Counted from the stretch's first letter, positions 1 to 10,601 are shown. The stretch is 64,000 nucleotides of DNA from Candidatus Eiseniibacteriota bacterium (GCA_963783375.1 CAWANH010000029.1:32001-96000); one strand, 5' to 3'. Translations and numbers: made by a program. Notes: generated by a model not told the origin, from the letters alone.

Positions 1-324
1 CATGTGGCGAAGCTGGCGCCGAAGCCGGTCCGGCATGCACAGGTCGTCGGCGTCCATGCGGGCGATATAGCGCCCCTTCGCCTTGGCCAGAGCCGTGTTC
101 AGCGCGGTGACCAGCCCCGAGGGGGGGAGGGCCACGATGCGAACCCGGGGGTCCCGGCACCCGGCGAACTGGGCGATATCGAGGGTGGCGTCCTCCGAGC
201 CGTCGTCCGCGACCAGGACCTCCATGTCCAGGCCGAATCCCTCCTGTCCCAGAACGCACTCCAGGGCGGCCGGGAGGGTGTCGGCGGCGTTCCGTGCGGG
301 GAGGAGGACAGAGATCGAGACCAT
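1..324 (-). CDS. Glycosyltransferase family 2, N-terminal part (runs off the window start)
   Basis: Not in the ORF track. Manual translation from ATG at 324: MVSISVLLPARNAADTL...EVLVADDGSEDAT...ALNTALAKAKGRYIARMDADD, the GT2 DDGS and DxDD motifs. Confidence 0.9.
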   Translation of the reverse strand, partial: MVSISVLLPARNAADTLPAALECVLGQEGFGLDMEVLVADDGSEDATLDIAQFAGCRDPRVRIVALPPSGLVTALNTALAKAKGRYIARMDADDLCMPDRLRRQLRHM

Positions 325-550
325 GGTCAATCGGGTTTTCCCATCGCGGCGGATTACGTATCCTGTTGGTTCCGCATTCCGCTCCGGGAACGCGCGAACC
401 CTGCGGATCGCGGGGGAGCGGTCCGTCGTTTCGGGTGCGTTTCGGGGAGAACCGGGGGCACGGTTCCCGAATCACGATTTCGCATCATCAAGGGGACAAC
501 GCACAGAGCCAGTCTGGCAGGTTTTTCGGCCCGAGTCCAGGAGATCCCAT

Positions 551-1330
551 TTGCCTACAAAAGCGACGGTTCTGACCCTGTTCGCGCATCCCGACGACGA
601 GACCTTCGGCCCCGGGGGCACGCTGGCCCGCCTGGCCTCGGAAGGCCATCCCGTGCACCTGGTGTGCGCCACCCGAGGCGAGGCGGGCACCATCGGCCGC
701 TCCGCCGCCATGGGACGCCGCCGGTTGGCCGCCCTCCGTGAACGGGAACTCATCGGAGCCTGCCGGGCCCTCGGGCTTCTCCCCCCGCACATCCTCTTCC
801 TTCCCGACTACGGTCTCGGACGCCTGGGGGCGGAAACCCTGGTTCGACCCTTCGTGCGTTGGATCCGCGAGGTCCGCCCCTCGATCCTCGTCACCTTCCA
901 CGCCAACGGGATCAGCGGCCATCTCGACCACCGCACGGTTACCGACCGCGCGGTCGCCGCCTTCGAAGCGGCGGGCGATCCGGCCTACGCGCCCGACCTG
1001 GGTCCGGTCCACGCCCCGGATCGACTCTGGACCTACGCCCTCCCGGAATCCCGGGCGCGGCGGATCGACTATCGCCGGATCCACTCGGTCCCCGATGCGG
1101 AGATCGACGCCCTGATCGACGTGAGCGCGTCCATCGGGGCCAAGCGCGGCGCGGTGGCGGCTCACGCCAGCCAGAAACCATTCATCGACGACATGGAGGC
1201 GCGGTTGGGGGACCTGACCGGGTTCTGGAGCCCGGAGGCGTTCGTGCTGGCCGCGGCGCGGACCCCGCTTCCTCCGGGGGTGCCGCGCCCGGTGACGGAC
1301 CTCTTCGCGGGAATGGGAGCAGGCTCCTAG
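551..1330 (+). CDS. PIG-L/LmbE family N-acetylglucosaminyl deacetylase (MshB/BshB-like)
   Basis: AHPDDE and GHLDH metal motifs in ORF 83..1330; start placed at TTG 551 after CAGGAG. Confidence 0.88.
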   Translation: MPTKATVLTLFAHPDDETFGPGGTLARLASEGHPVHLVCATRGEAGTIGRSAAMGRRRLAALRERELIGACRALGLLPPHILFLPDYGLGRLGAETLVRPFVRWIREVRPSILVTFHANGISGHLDHRTVTDRAVAAFEAAGDPAYAPDLGPVHAPDRLWTYALPESRARRIDYRRIHSVPDAEIDALIDVSASIGAKRGAVAAHASQKPFIDDMEARLGDLTGFWSPEAFVLAAARTPLPPGVPRPVTDLFAGMGAGS

Positions 1331-2373
1331 ATTTCCAGGTCGCCGGAGCCGGACCCCCGTTCCCGCACCGTCCCGTCCCCGAAGTCCAGGATGTCCTCGA
1401 AGCGGCGCCGGAACGTGTCGGGGTCCATCCGCTCCGGGCCGACGCCCCGTTCGCGCGCCTCCTCCAACAACGCCAGCACCCGTTCGTTCACCGGAGCGTC
1501 CAGGCCGTGGGCCCGGGCGAGCCTCACGATCTCGCCGTGATAGAAGTCGTTCTCCAGCCGCGGACGGCGGTGATGGAGGTTCTGCCAGGTGGAGTTGTAC
1601 ACGCCCCCGGTCGTGTCGGGGGGGGAGCCGCCGGCGCGAAAGCGGGCGAGAAGCTCCTCCACGCCCTGCCCCAGTCCCGAGGCCGGCTCGGGCCGGTACC
1701 CCGCCGCCCTGAGCGCCCGGCGGCCTTCTTCGAGCACCGCCACCTGCACCCGGGCCAGAGCCGGCTCTGCCCCGGTGCGCTTCATGAGCACCGGGGGACC
1801 GCTCACCAGGTTGACCAGGAGCTTGAGCGCCTTGTCCGCCCCGATCTCCGGCGACTCCGCCGCGGTGAATCCGGCCGCGGCCAGATCCTCCACCAGCGCC
1901 TCGGCAAGCGCATCCCGCCCCCGCGGATACCGGCCCACAATGAGCTGGCCGGGACGGCGGAGCCGGACCTCCCCCGGATCGAGCAGGGTGGCGGTGAACC
2001 GAACCACCCCGCCGTAGAGCCGGGGACAAAGTGGGGCGGCGGTCTCCTCGGCCCGGATGCCGTTCTGCCAGGTCACCACCGCCCGGGTGCGGGCGGCCTC
2101 GGAGACGGCCGCCGCGGCGTCGGCCGCGTCGGGAGCCTGGACGGTGATGAACAGCACGGCGTCGCCGGGAAGCTCCGCCGGGAGGGCGGTTACCGCCAAG
2201 ACCGGGGCGATGAAGGTCTCGTCCCGGGAGACCGTCCGGAGTCCCCGGCCGGCCCGAATGGCCTCCGCGTGGGCGGGGCGGGCGACGACGGTCACCGGGT
2301 GCCCCCGCCGGGCCAGGTAGGCGGCGAGCGCCGATCCCACCGCCCCCGCTCCGTAGACGACATAGGGTCTCAT
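1327..2373 (-). CDS. panE: Ketopantoate reductase (PanE/ApbA) family protein
   Basis: N-terminal Rossmann motif YGAGAVG, WQNG motif, KLLVN and STWQ motifs typical of ApbA. True substrate not provable from sequence. Confidence 0.78.
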   Translation of the reverse strand: MRPYVVYGAGAVGSALAAYLARRGHPVTVVARPAHAEAIRAGRGLRTVSRDETFIAPVLAVTALPAELPGDAVLFITVQAPDAADAAAAVSEAARTRAVVTWQNGIRAEETAAPLCPRLYGGVVRFTATLLDPGEVRLRRPGQLIVGRYPRGRDALAEALVEDLAAAGFTAAESPEIGADKALKLLVNLVSGPPVLMKRTGAEPALARVQVAVLEEGRRALRAAGYRPEPASGLGQGVEELLARFRAGGSPPDTTGGVYNSTWQNLHHRRPRLENDFYHGEIVRLARAHGLDAPVNERVLALLEEARERGVGPERMDPDTFRRRFEDILDFGDGTVRERGSGSGDLEI

Positions 2374-2446
2374 TCCCCCGATTGTAGGATCGGGCCTCGA
2401 ACCGTGCTACCGTGTAGTCGGGCTCACCACCCGCGAGGGCGGCACC

Positions 2447-4977
2447 ATGAACCGGTTTCGAGCGGCAATCCTCTTCCTCATTCTCTTCCTCTCGTTCAAC
2501 GCCTCCCCCGCCCCCGGAGAGGTACCGTCGGGGGCGTTGGATCCCGCGCTGCGCGCCCTGCTCGATCGCTCGCCCGAAGCGGCGGGGGGAGTTCTCTCCG
2601 AGGCCGCGGCCGGACGTCCGTCGGTCATCCCGCTCAGCCTGGGCTCGGCGGTGATCCCCGGGAATCCCCCCCGGCTCGAGGTCTTCCTGCGTGGGACGGA
2701 CGGGGGGGTTCCCGGCGGGCCCGGGGTGGACGTCATCCCGCTGGGGGACGGCCTCTACGGAGGTCTCGTCACCCTGGACGGCCTCCGCCGACTCCTGGCC
2801 GGGGAGGGCATCGCCGCCGCCCGCCTCTCCCGACCGGTTCAACCCGCCCTCGACCGGAGCGCCGCCTTCCTGGGAATGAACCTGATCCGGCGTCAGAACC
2901 CCCAGACCGGCGGATTCAGCGGCATCACCGGCAAGGGGGTGCTGGTGGGGCTCGCGGACAGCGGCGTGGACTGGAACCACCCCGACTTCCGCAATCCGGA
3001 CGGCACCACCCGGTTCGCCTGGTTCTGGGACCAGACCGTACCCTTCGGCCGACCCCCCCAGGGCTACCCGGTGGGGGAGGAGTACGACGCGCGCCTGCTC
3101 AACGGCGGCATCGGCGCCGCCTACGATCCCTCCGGCCACGGCACCCACGTGATGGGGATCGCCGCCGGAAACGGACGGGGTTCCCTGGTTCCCGGACGGG
3201 GGGCGCTCTACGTGGGCATCGCCCCCGAGGCGACCCTGATCGGGGTGCGTATCTCCTTCACCGAGCTGGGGGTGGCCATGGCCGCGAAGTACTTCTTCGA
3301 CAAGGCCGCTGAAATGGGCATGCCCGCGGTGCTCAACCTCAGCCTGGGAAACCAGTACGGTCCCCATCTGGGGGACACCCCCCTGGAGAATTCCCTCGAG
3401 AGCCGGGTCGGGCCCGGGCGGCTGATCGTGGCCGCGGCGGGCAATGATGGCGACCGCGATCTCCACGCCTGGATGGAGGTCGGGACCGGCGAATCCGACA
3501 CCCTCACCGTGGACCTGCCCCGCTACTCCAGGGACGGTTCGTTCAACTACGTCGACTTTGCCGGATGGTTCGACGTCCGGAACCGTTACCGATTCACCGT
3601 GCTCGACCCCGCCGGGGAGGCGGTGGGGGTCCTGAACTGGGGAGACACCGACGCGTCCTTCCAGAGCGGTTTCGGGGAGGTCCGGGGTTGGAACACCGAG
3701 GATATCGGGTACGGAAGCGTCCTGGTGGAAATCGCCGATGACGACAAGAGCCCGAGCCTGGCCGTGGGGGAGTACAAGCTGGTGGTGGAGGGGGTGGACG
3801 TCACCACCTCGCCCCGGGTCGATTTCTGGCTCGTGAGTTGGGTCAACAACCGCGACCGGGAGCCCAGCTTCCTCGACCACGCCGACCGCCGGGAGACCGT
3901 GCTGAACCCGGCCACCGCGCCGCACATCCTCGCGGTGGGCGCCCTCTCCACCCGGTCCTGCTGGACCGACGTGACCGGGAAGGAGCGTTGCTACACCACG
4001 CCCCCCGCCTACGGCGCCGTCGCCTACTTCTCCAGCCTGGGTCCCTCCGCCGACGGGCGCGTGAAGCCGGAGGTGCTGGCGCCGGGTTTCGGGGTGGTCT
4101 CCGCCCGGTCCTCCAACATCGACCCCGACGCCTACGATCCGGACCTGCTCAAGACCCTGAGCACTCCCGATCGTCTCTACTGGGTGAATCAGGGCACCAG
4201 CATGGCCGCGCCCCACGCCACCGGCACGGTGGCGCTTCTGCTTCAGCGCTTTCCGCGCATGACCTACGAGCAGATGGTCGGCCGGCTGACCTCCCGCTCC
4301 GAGCCCACCCTCGATCCCCGCACCGGGGATCAGGACCGCGCGCTTTTGACCGGGGAGGCGGTGGCCCCCATGGTCCGGATTCTCCTGTCCGAGGTCGAAC
4401 CGGATCCGGCCGGCGTTCGGATCCGCTGGTTTGCGGGCAAGAGCCGCGGCGAGACCCACTATCGGGTGTACAAGGGGTTCTCGGACCGGGGCCCCTTCGA
4501 GGCCCTGAACAGCGCCCGCATCGAGGGGGAGAATCCCTACGAGGTGGTCGACTCCCATCCGGAGCCGGGGCGGACTCAGGTGTACCGCATCGCCGTGGCC
4601 GACCGGAGGGGCCTGGAAGAGGACCTAGACACGCTCCGGGTGGACGTCACCGGCACCCCGTCCCCCGTCCTGCGCGCTCCCGCGCCCAACCCCGCCGCGG
4701 GCCCGGTGTCGGTGAGCTTCTTCCTTCCTCCCGGCGGCGCGGGGGGGAGTGGCGTCTCACCGCCTACGACGTCGCCGGGCGGCGGGTGGCGGTGGCGGCG
4801 TCGGGGGAGTTCGGGCCCGAGGGGACCGAGGCCAACGCGGTATGGGACCTCCGGCGGGACGACGGCCGGCGGGTGGCCGGCGGCCTGTACTTCCTGCGCC
4901 TCGACGCCACGACCACCCGGGCCGACGGATCGACGGCGTCCCGTACCTTCAGCCGGCGGGTGGCGGTGCTTCCGTAG
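2447..4977 (+). CDS. Secreted S8 (subtilisin-like) serine protease with C-terminal FlgD-like/T9SS-type domain; frameshift at G7 tract 4741-4747
   Basis: Signal peptide; triad motifs ADSGVD, GHGTHV, GTSMAAPH. The C-terminal domain starts in the 2447 frame (APAPNP...VSFFL) and continues in the 3838 frame (EWRLTAYDVAGRRV...WDLR...GLYFLRL...RRVAVLP*). One extra G joins them. Confidence 0.88.
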
Positions 4978-5112
4978 ACCGGATCCAGGTCGGTCCGCTG
5001 GGTCTGCCCGGGCCCTCGAGCTCTTGCCCCGCGTTGCCCGTCACCAACCGCACCGCCCGCGCACCCTCGGTGAACCCGGGAGCGCGGACAGGACAGGCTC
5101 CCGGAAAGGCAG

Positions 5113-6384
5113 TCAGTCCAGGTCGCGCTCCAACACCAGCAGGGTCACGTCGTCCTGGAACTCGGCGCGGATCAATCCCGAGGCGGTTCGCAGCACGAAG
5201 TCCACCGATTGATCGAGGGGAACTGCATGTGCCTCGTCGAGGGTGCGGGCGAGAAGGGATGTCGAGAAGATGGAGCCGTCCGGGCACTGTGCGTCGATTA
5301 TCCCGTCGGAGTAGAGCCACAGTCGGTCCCCGGGCTGCAGGAGAAGTCGGTTGGACCGGATGGGCTCGGGGACGGCGAAGTCGGGACCGATGAGGGTTCC
5401 GCTCTCTTGGTCGCTCATGATCTGCACCGAGTTGCGCCCGGTCAGGATGGGGGGTTCATGACCGGCCGACGCCCAGGCGACCTCGCCAAGCGAGACGTCC
5501 AGAACGCCGTAGATCAGGGTGAAGAAGAGGCCCGTGCGTTCGGTGTCCGTGAAGTGTGCCCGCAGGGACGAGAGAACATTCATGGGAGTAGCCACTTCAT
5601 AGTAGGGCGGGCCAGGTAGTTTGCATTTCACGAGCGTGTTTTGCCCGGGCACCGGAATCAGGAGGCGAGACACTGTAATCGCAAGCATGGCCGCCGCCGC
5701 CCCGTGCCCCGAGACATCAAGGATGAAGAAGCCGATTCGTCGCTCATCGAGCCGGAACACGTTCAGCATGTCCCCGGACACATGCGTGCACGGCTTGAAC
5801 CGCCATGCGAACCGGTACGCTCCCAAGGTTGGAGCGTCGAGTGGCAGCAGGGCTCGTTGGAGGGTCGCCGCCGCCGTGAGATCTTCCCCGAGTGTCCGGT
5901 TCTGCTCGAGGAGTCGCCGGTGTAGGTGGACGATTCGCTGCCCGGCTTGGATGCGTACCCTCAGCTCCTCGGTGTTGAATGGCTTCGCCAGAAAATCGTC
6001 TGCTCCCGCCTCGAGGCCTTCTACCAGGTCGTGGTCGTTTCCCCGGCCGGTGAGGATGATGGCATAGACGGACTCTCCATCTCTCGTAGCGCGGATGCGG
6101 CGGAGAAGGCCAAGCCCGCTGAGCTTCGGCATGTTCCAGTCGGTGATGACGAGACTGAACCGTTCTCGTTGGAGAAGGTCCCAGGCTTCCTCTCCATCCG
6201 TGGCCGTGAAGACGGAGAACCCGAGTTCACCAAGCATGCCGGCCAGGACGTCGCGGACCCCAGCGTCATCATCGACGACCAGGATGTGATCCAGATCGCC
6301 GCCGGGCAGACGTGACGAAGATTCGGGAAGGACGTGTCCGCCCAACTCGGGATTGGGGGGGGACAGTTTGGGCTGGGGCATCAC
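5113..6384 (-). CDS. Receiver domain + PP2C/SpoIIE phosphatase (RsbU-like)
   Basis: ILVVDDD...ITDWNMP...AKPF receiver; SGDM, DVSGHG, AGHEPP, LYSDGI, DDVTLL phosphatase motifs. Confidence 0.92.
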   Translation of the reverse strand: MMPQPKLSPPNPELGGHVLPESSSRLPGGDLDHILVVDDDAGVRDVLAGMLGELGFSVFTATDGEEAWDLLQRERFSLVITDWNMPKLSGLGLLRRIRATRDGESVYAIILTGRGNDHDLVEGLEAGADDFLAKPFNTEELRVRIQAGQRIVHLHRRLLEQNRTLGEDLTAAATLQRALLPLDAPTLGAYRFAWRFKPCTHVSGDMLNVFRLDERRIGFFILDVSGHGAAAAMLAITVSRLLIPVPGQNTLVKCKLPGPPYYEVATPMNVLSSLRAHFTDTERTGLFFTLIYGVLDVSLGEVAWASAGHEPPILTGRNSVQIMSDQESGTLIGPDFAVPEPIRSNRLLLQPGDRLWLYSDGIIDAQCPDGSIFSTSLLARTLDEAHAVPLDQSVDFVLRTASGLIRAEFQDDVTLLVLERDLD

Positions 6385-6774
6385 CTCGGTCTTCGGAACA
6401 AGAGAGCCGGGCCATTAGGTGTCTTTCGGACCTGCAATTGCCTGGCCTCCCGACCGGATAACAATGCAGTGTGATAGGACCGATCTGGTGCCTACGCGCG
6501 GATCCGATCCCCGGGTAGGCACCCGTCATCGGTCCTTCGGCAATGTCTCCCGCGCGCGGGTCGTAATAGCCTGCTGTAGCTAGGGGCGGCTGAGGGTGGG
6601 GGCGGGCGAAGGCCGTATCGTTCCAATGCGACTTCGATGTACCGGGTGATCCGCGTGGGGCGCAGTCGGCGGGTTCCGTCGGTTGCGTTTTTACTGAACC
6701 CAGACCCAGAACTGTCTCATATGGGTTGACGACGTGCAGATCCTCCGATCTCGTGGAGCTTGATTCAATCAGGC

Positions 6775-6803
6775 TCGACACCACTACTGCCAGGCGTTAT
6801 ACT
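6775..6803 (+). promoter_or_regulatory. Putative sigma70 promoter of the 6862 gene
   Basis: TCGACA-N17-TATACT, followed by AGGAGG RBS at 6852-6857. Confidence 0.6.
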
Positions 6804-6861
6804 TCTATCGGCAAGAGTGCCATCGTATCCCCAGGTCATCCCCTTTCACCTAGGAGGAACG

Positions 6862-7599
6862 ATGTTCAACAAGCTACGTGTCCTCGGCCTCTCTGTCGCC
6901 CTGGTCCTCTCATCTGCATGTTTCGTCGTCCCTTCGACCTATGCCTCCTGCCCCTGCGTCGCCCCCAACGTGGGTGGAACCGTCGCGCTGATGCCGGTGA
7001 CCTGCACCACGGGGTACGTCGGGTTCATGCAGATCACCGACGGGTTGCCTGTCGGTACCACCATCGACTGTCAGGCGGAACTCGGCGGCTTCTATCTCAC
7101 CTCCGAAGCGGTCGGTGGGACGCTGGGTGGTTATATTCAAACCTGGAGCGCCTATCTCCACCTGGAGATGACTGGAACGGGAGCCCTGGCCGGATTCAAC
7201 CGTTCGCTGCAGATCCCGGTATCCGGCCTAACCAATTCCGCACCCCGGACGTTCGGAGACGCCGTCCAGTCGTTCGCCCACAATCTGATGACCCTGGACG
7301 GCCAGCTGGTCGGTGATCCGGATTTCGAAAACCTGGCGGTGAAAGCGGGCCCCAATGAGAGTCTGCCGCCCAGCCCCGGGTACACCTCCCTGACCCGGGT
7401 AGGCCCCCCGGGCAGTGACTTCCAGGTGGACAGTTTCTTCGACGTCACCTATACCCTCGATTTCACCGGTGCGCCCGGAAGTGTCCTGGATGGCCTGTCC
7501 GGGATCACCCAGGACGCCCAGCGGCTCCAGCTTTGCGACAACCCCGTCCCCGTTCAGAACGCGACTTGGGGTCTTATCAAGGCGCTCTATCGGTTCTGA
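6862..7599 (+). CDS. Secreted hypothetical protein with DSFFDV motif and C-terminal TWGxIKxLY motif
   Basis: AGGAGG RBS, signal peptide MFNKLRVLGLSVALVL..., ends NPVPVQNATWGLIKALYRF. Confidence 0.82.
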   Translation: MFNKLRVLGLSVALVLSSACFVVPSTYASCPCVAPNVGGTVALMPVTCTTGYVGFMQITDGLPVGTTIDCQAELGGFYLTSEAVGGTLGGYIQTWSAYLHLEMTGTGALAGFNRSLQIPVSGLTNSAPRTFGDAVQSFAHNLMTLDGQLVGDPDFENLAVKAGPNESLPPSPGYTSLTRVGPPGSDFQVDSFFDVTYTLDFTGAPGSVLDGLSGITQDAQRLQLCDNPVPVQNATWGLIKALYRF

Positions 7600-7995
7600 A
7601 CCGTAGTCGGGCCCACTGGAGGCTCCGACGACGGGTGGAGATCGGGTCGTAAAGCGACACGCTGCCGGTGCTTGAAGACGGTCTGGAAGCGGCGCTTCGA
7701 GAGTCGCTGGGACGCCGGGTTGCGGAGCAAAGGCGCGTCCGGGGCCACGAATTCGCTCGATCGCAGCTTGTGCCCCCAGGACCGTTGCAGCTTCCCTGGA
7801 AGAGTATCGGGAGGAATACGTCGCCGACCCGGCCACCATTGGCGATCTCGCGGCGCAGGCGAACCCGTCCTCGAGCTCTCCCGTCGGCACTGCATGCGGT
7901 AAATCGGCCACGGACCGCACTATCGCCGGCTGATGTTCAGCCTCCGCCGCCGAAAGGGGCACCTGGTGAGCGGAGGATCGCGCCTTCCCGGTGGG

Positions 7996-8709
7996 TCAGT
8001 CCTCGGGGAGAATCTGCTCGGGCCAGCCGACGATCAGGTGAAGCAACGCTGGCTCGGCGGTATCGACCACGCGGTTGATGAGGACGCGCTCGCCGTCGGG
8101 GGCGAGCGCGTAGATCCCCGGCTCGGCGAACACGTGACGCCGCCCTTCGACGCGGAACAAAGGGCGGACGGCGCCCAGCACGGGACGGTCTCCGCCGAGT
8201 TCCGCGCTGACCGCCAGGAGCCGATAGTCGGGGGAGACGAAAAAGAGCTCGCCCTCCCTTGGATTCCACTCGGGGCGGATGCCGCCGTTCGAGGAGACCT
8301 GCCAGGCGCGGCCGCCCTCCGGAAAGCGGGCGAGGTATACCTCGTAGCGCCCCGAGGCGTTCGAAGTCTAGGCGACCCAGCCGCCGTCGGGAGAAACGGC
8401 GGCGTCTTCCTCGCTGAAGGGCGACGACCGGATCGGAAACGGCTCCCCGCCGCCGCTCACCGGGGCGGCCCAGAGGTCGGGAGATTCATCCCGATAGAAC
8501 GTGCAGTAGACCAGCAGCGAGCCGTCTCCGGCCCAGTCGAGGGGGAAGGCCCCCGCGATCGCCGGAGCGTCCGCGGGCCGGTTTCCCCCGTACTCGGCCA
8601 CCCCCCCCGGGAAGAGCGGCTCGGCGTCGGTGCGGCCGAGGATTTGGACGTAGACCTCGAGGGTCCCCGAGCGGTCCGAGCTGAACGCGATGCGCCGGCC
8701 GTCCGGGGC
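7996..8709 (-). pseudogene. 3' remnant of a TolB-like (PD40/WD40-like) beta-propeller protein with an internal stop
   Basis: APDGRRIAFSSDRSG...VSPDGGWVA*TSNASGRYEVY...QVSSNGG...LAPDGERVL...IVGW. In-frame TAG at 8368-8370 where Tyr is expected; no 5' part. Confidence 0.8.
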
Positions 8710-9642
8710 GGGGACCGGGACGGGTTCGACGATGTGGTGGTGGGCGCGGTGGGTCACAATACGGCCTTCGCGGATGCGGGCCGCGTTTACGTTCTCGGGT
8801 TCAACCGCTATCACCTGGTGAACCCGGCGGCGGGGGAGACGTGGAACGTGGGGGCGGCGGAGGAGATCTCCTGGCTGGGCGCCGAGCCGGCGGACGTGTG
8901 GCTTTCGGTGGACGGGGGCAACAGCTACTCCCTGCTGACCACGGACGCGGGGGGCGCCGCGCTGAGCGCGGTGAGGTTGACGGTGCCGCATCAGCCGACG
9001 CGGTTCGCCGAGATCAAACTGACGCCTTCGGATCCCTCGGTGGTGGGGAGTGCCACGACGGACTCGCTGTTCACGATCGAGGCGTCGATCGCGCTGCTGA
9101 ACCTGAAGGCGGCGCCGGTGGACGGTGGCGGCGTGCTCCTCAGCTGGGAGACCGATCCCGGCCCGGAGGATCTGGCGGGGTACAAGGTGGAACGTTCGCC
9201 GGTCGCCGGCGACTCCTGGCGCGTCCTGGCGACCCAGGTGCGGGAGACCGAGTACCTGGACGCCGGTGGCGGCCCCGGCATGCGGTACCGGCTGAGCGGC
9301 ATCAACGGTCTCGGGGAAGAGCTCCTCCTCGGCGAGACCGCGTTGACCCCGCGGGTCGCTCTGGCGGCCTGGCCGCTGCCCTACCGGGGCGGGGATCTCA
9401 CCCTCTCCTTCGCCACCTTCGGGGGTCAGGGGGGTGGGACGGGCCTGGCCCGGGTGGCGGTCTACGACGTGCAGGGCCGCCTGGTGCGCACGATCGCCGA
9501 CGGGAGCTACGAAGCCGGGCATCAGGTCGTCACGTGGAACGGGCGCGACGAAAACCGTCGCGCGGTTCCGAGCGGCGTGTACTTCATCCGGTCTTCCAGT
9601 GCCGGGGTGAGTCACCAGATCAAGCTGATCGTGGTGCGCTAG
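8710..9642 (+). pseudogene. 3' remnant of an FG-GAP repeat protein with C-terminal FlgD-like/T9SS-type domain
   Basis: Begins mid-repeat (GDRDGFDDVVVGA...DAGRVYV) and ends YDVQGRLVRTI...WNGRD...SGVYFIR...KLIVVR*. No start or signal peptide; the upstream part of ORF 7933..9642 is antisense of the propeller remnant. Confidence 0.78.
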
Positions 9643-9649
9643 GAAATCG

Positions 9650-10601
9650 ATGTCCATGATGCGGAGGGTTGCGAGTCTGGGTACGGGGCTAATGGCGCCG
9701 CCCTGGTCGCCGCAGGGCCGCTGGAGGCGACCACGCTCTACGCGCTCGTCGACACCGGGGAGATCTTCGCCTCCGGCGACGGCGGGGCGACCTGGCCGTC
9801 CGGACCGACGGAGCGCTGCTGGCGCTCACGCATTCCGGAACGGTCTGGATCTCCACCGACGGGGGGATGACATTCTCGGCGGAGGCCTCACTCGGCGCCT
9901 CGGACCTGGTCTCACCGGCGCGCGACCCGAGTGGCGCGTTCTACGCGGTGACCGGGACAGGCACCGTCCGCCGGAGTGTCGACGGCGGCGCGACGTGGAT
10001 CGCGGTGGGCACAGCGCCGGTCTCGGACGCGGTGGCGGTGCGGTCGGGAGGCGATACGAGCTACGTTCTCGCCGGGACCGGGCTCACCTACCGAAGCCAG
10101 GATCAGGGCGCGAGCTGGTCCGCGGTGGGCACGGTGAGCCAGGTGGGCATGGTCGCGCTCACTGTCTCCGAGGGCGAGCTGGTCGCGGTGAGTCGGGAGG
10201 GGCTGGTCGCCCGGAGCCCGGATGGCACGGCATGGACGTGGGTGGGTGCGGTGAACCAGCTGAACGTGGTCGCGCTCGCCGATGACAGGCCGCAGGCCGT
10301 CGGAGTGCCGAAGAGGCCGGGGACAGCGCTCCGGCTTCGGCTGGCACCGCCGCGACCCAACCTGCTTCGGTCCGGCGAGACGCTCGCGCTGGAGGTCCCG
10401 CTTCCCGAGGACGACATCCTGAACGTCGCCCTGTACGACGCGGAGGGGAGGCTCGCGGCCGCGCGGGCTCCGGAACCGCTGCCGGCGTCGGAGGGCGGCA
10501 TTCTTCGCTGGAGCCCCGGCCCTCTTCCGGCGGGGGTCTACTTCGTCCGGGTGGCCGGTCGACACGGCCGTTCGAGTCGAAGACTCGTCGTCGTGCCCTA
10601 G
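9650..10601 (+). pseudogene. Frameshifted BNR/Asp-box (YCF48-like) repeat protein with C-terminal sorting-type domain
   Basis: Three frames: MSMMRRVASLGTGLM / AALVAAGPLEATTLYALVDTGEIFASGDGGATW / DLAVRTDGALL...STDGGMTF...SVDGGATW...SQDQGASW...YDAEGRL...PAGVYFVRV...RRLVVVP*. Confidence 0.72.

Noticed and set aside
4-741. Plus-strand ORF 4..741
   Set aside because: Antisense shadow of the GT2 gene on the minus strand.
488-4558. Very long antisense or alternative-frame ORFs (e.g. 488..4558, 25763..28999, 41855..44389, 52082..55522)
   Set aside because: Shadows of real genes in GC-rich DNA; Arg/Gly/Pro-rich or VVHH-type composition with no motifs.
6400-6470. Cyclic di-GMP-I riboswitch upstream of the RsbU-like gene
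   Set aside because: A GAAA-containing hairpin is present but the conserved GGCAAAC and GACGCAAAG elements are not.
7600-7990. Transposase or other gene remnant
   Set aside because: No frame gives a recognisable motif and no terminal repeats were found.
8368-8370. In-frame TAG as pyrrolysine or recoding
   Set aside because: One base from a Tyr codon in an already truncated gene; TAG is a normal stop elsewhere in the window and no pyl genes are present.
7933-9642. Intact 569-aa gene
   Set aside because: First ~260 codons are the antisense of a propeller remnant; only the part after ~8710 is protein-like.
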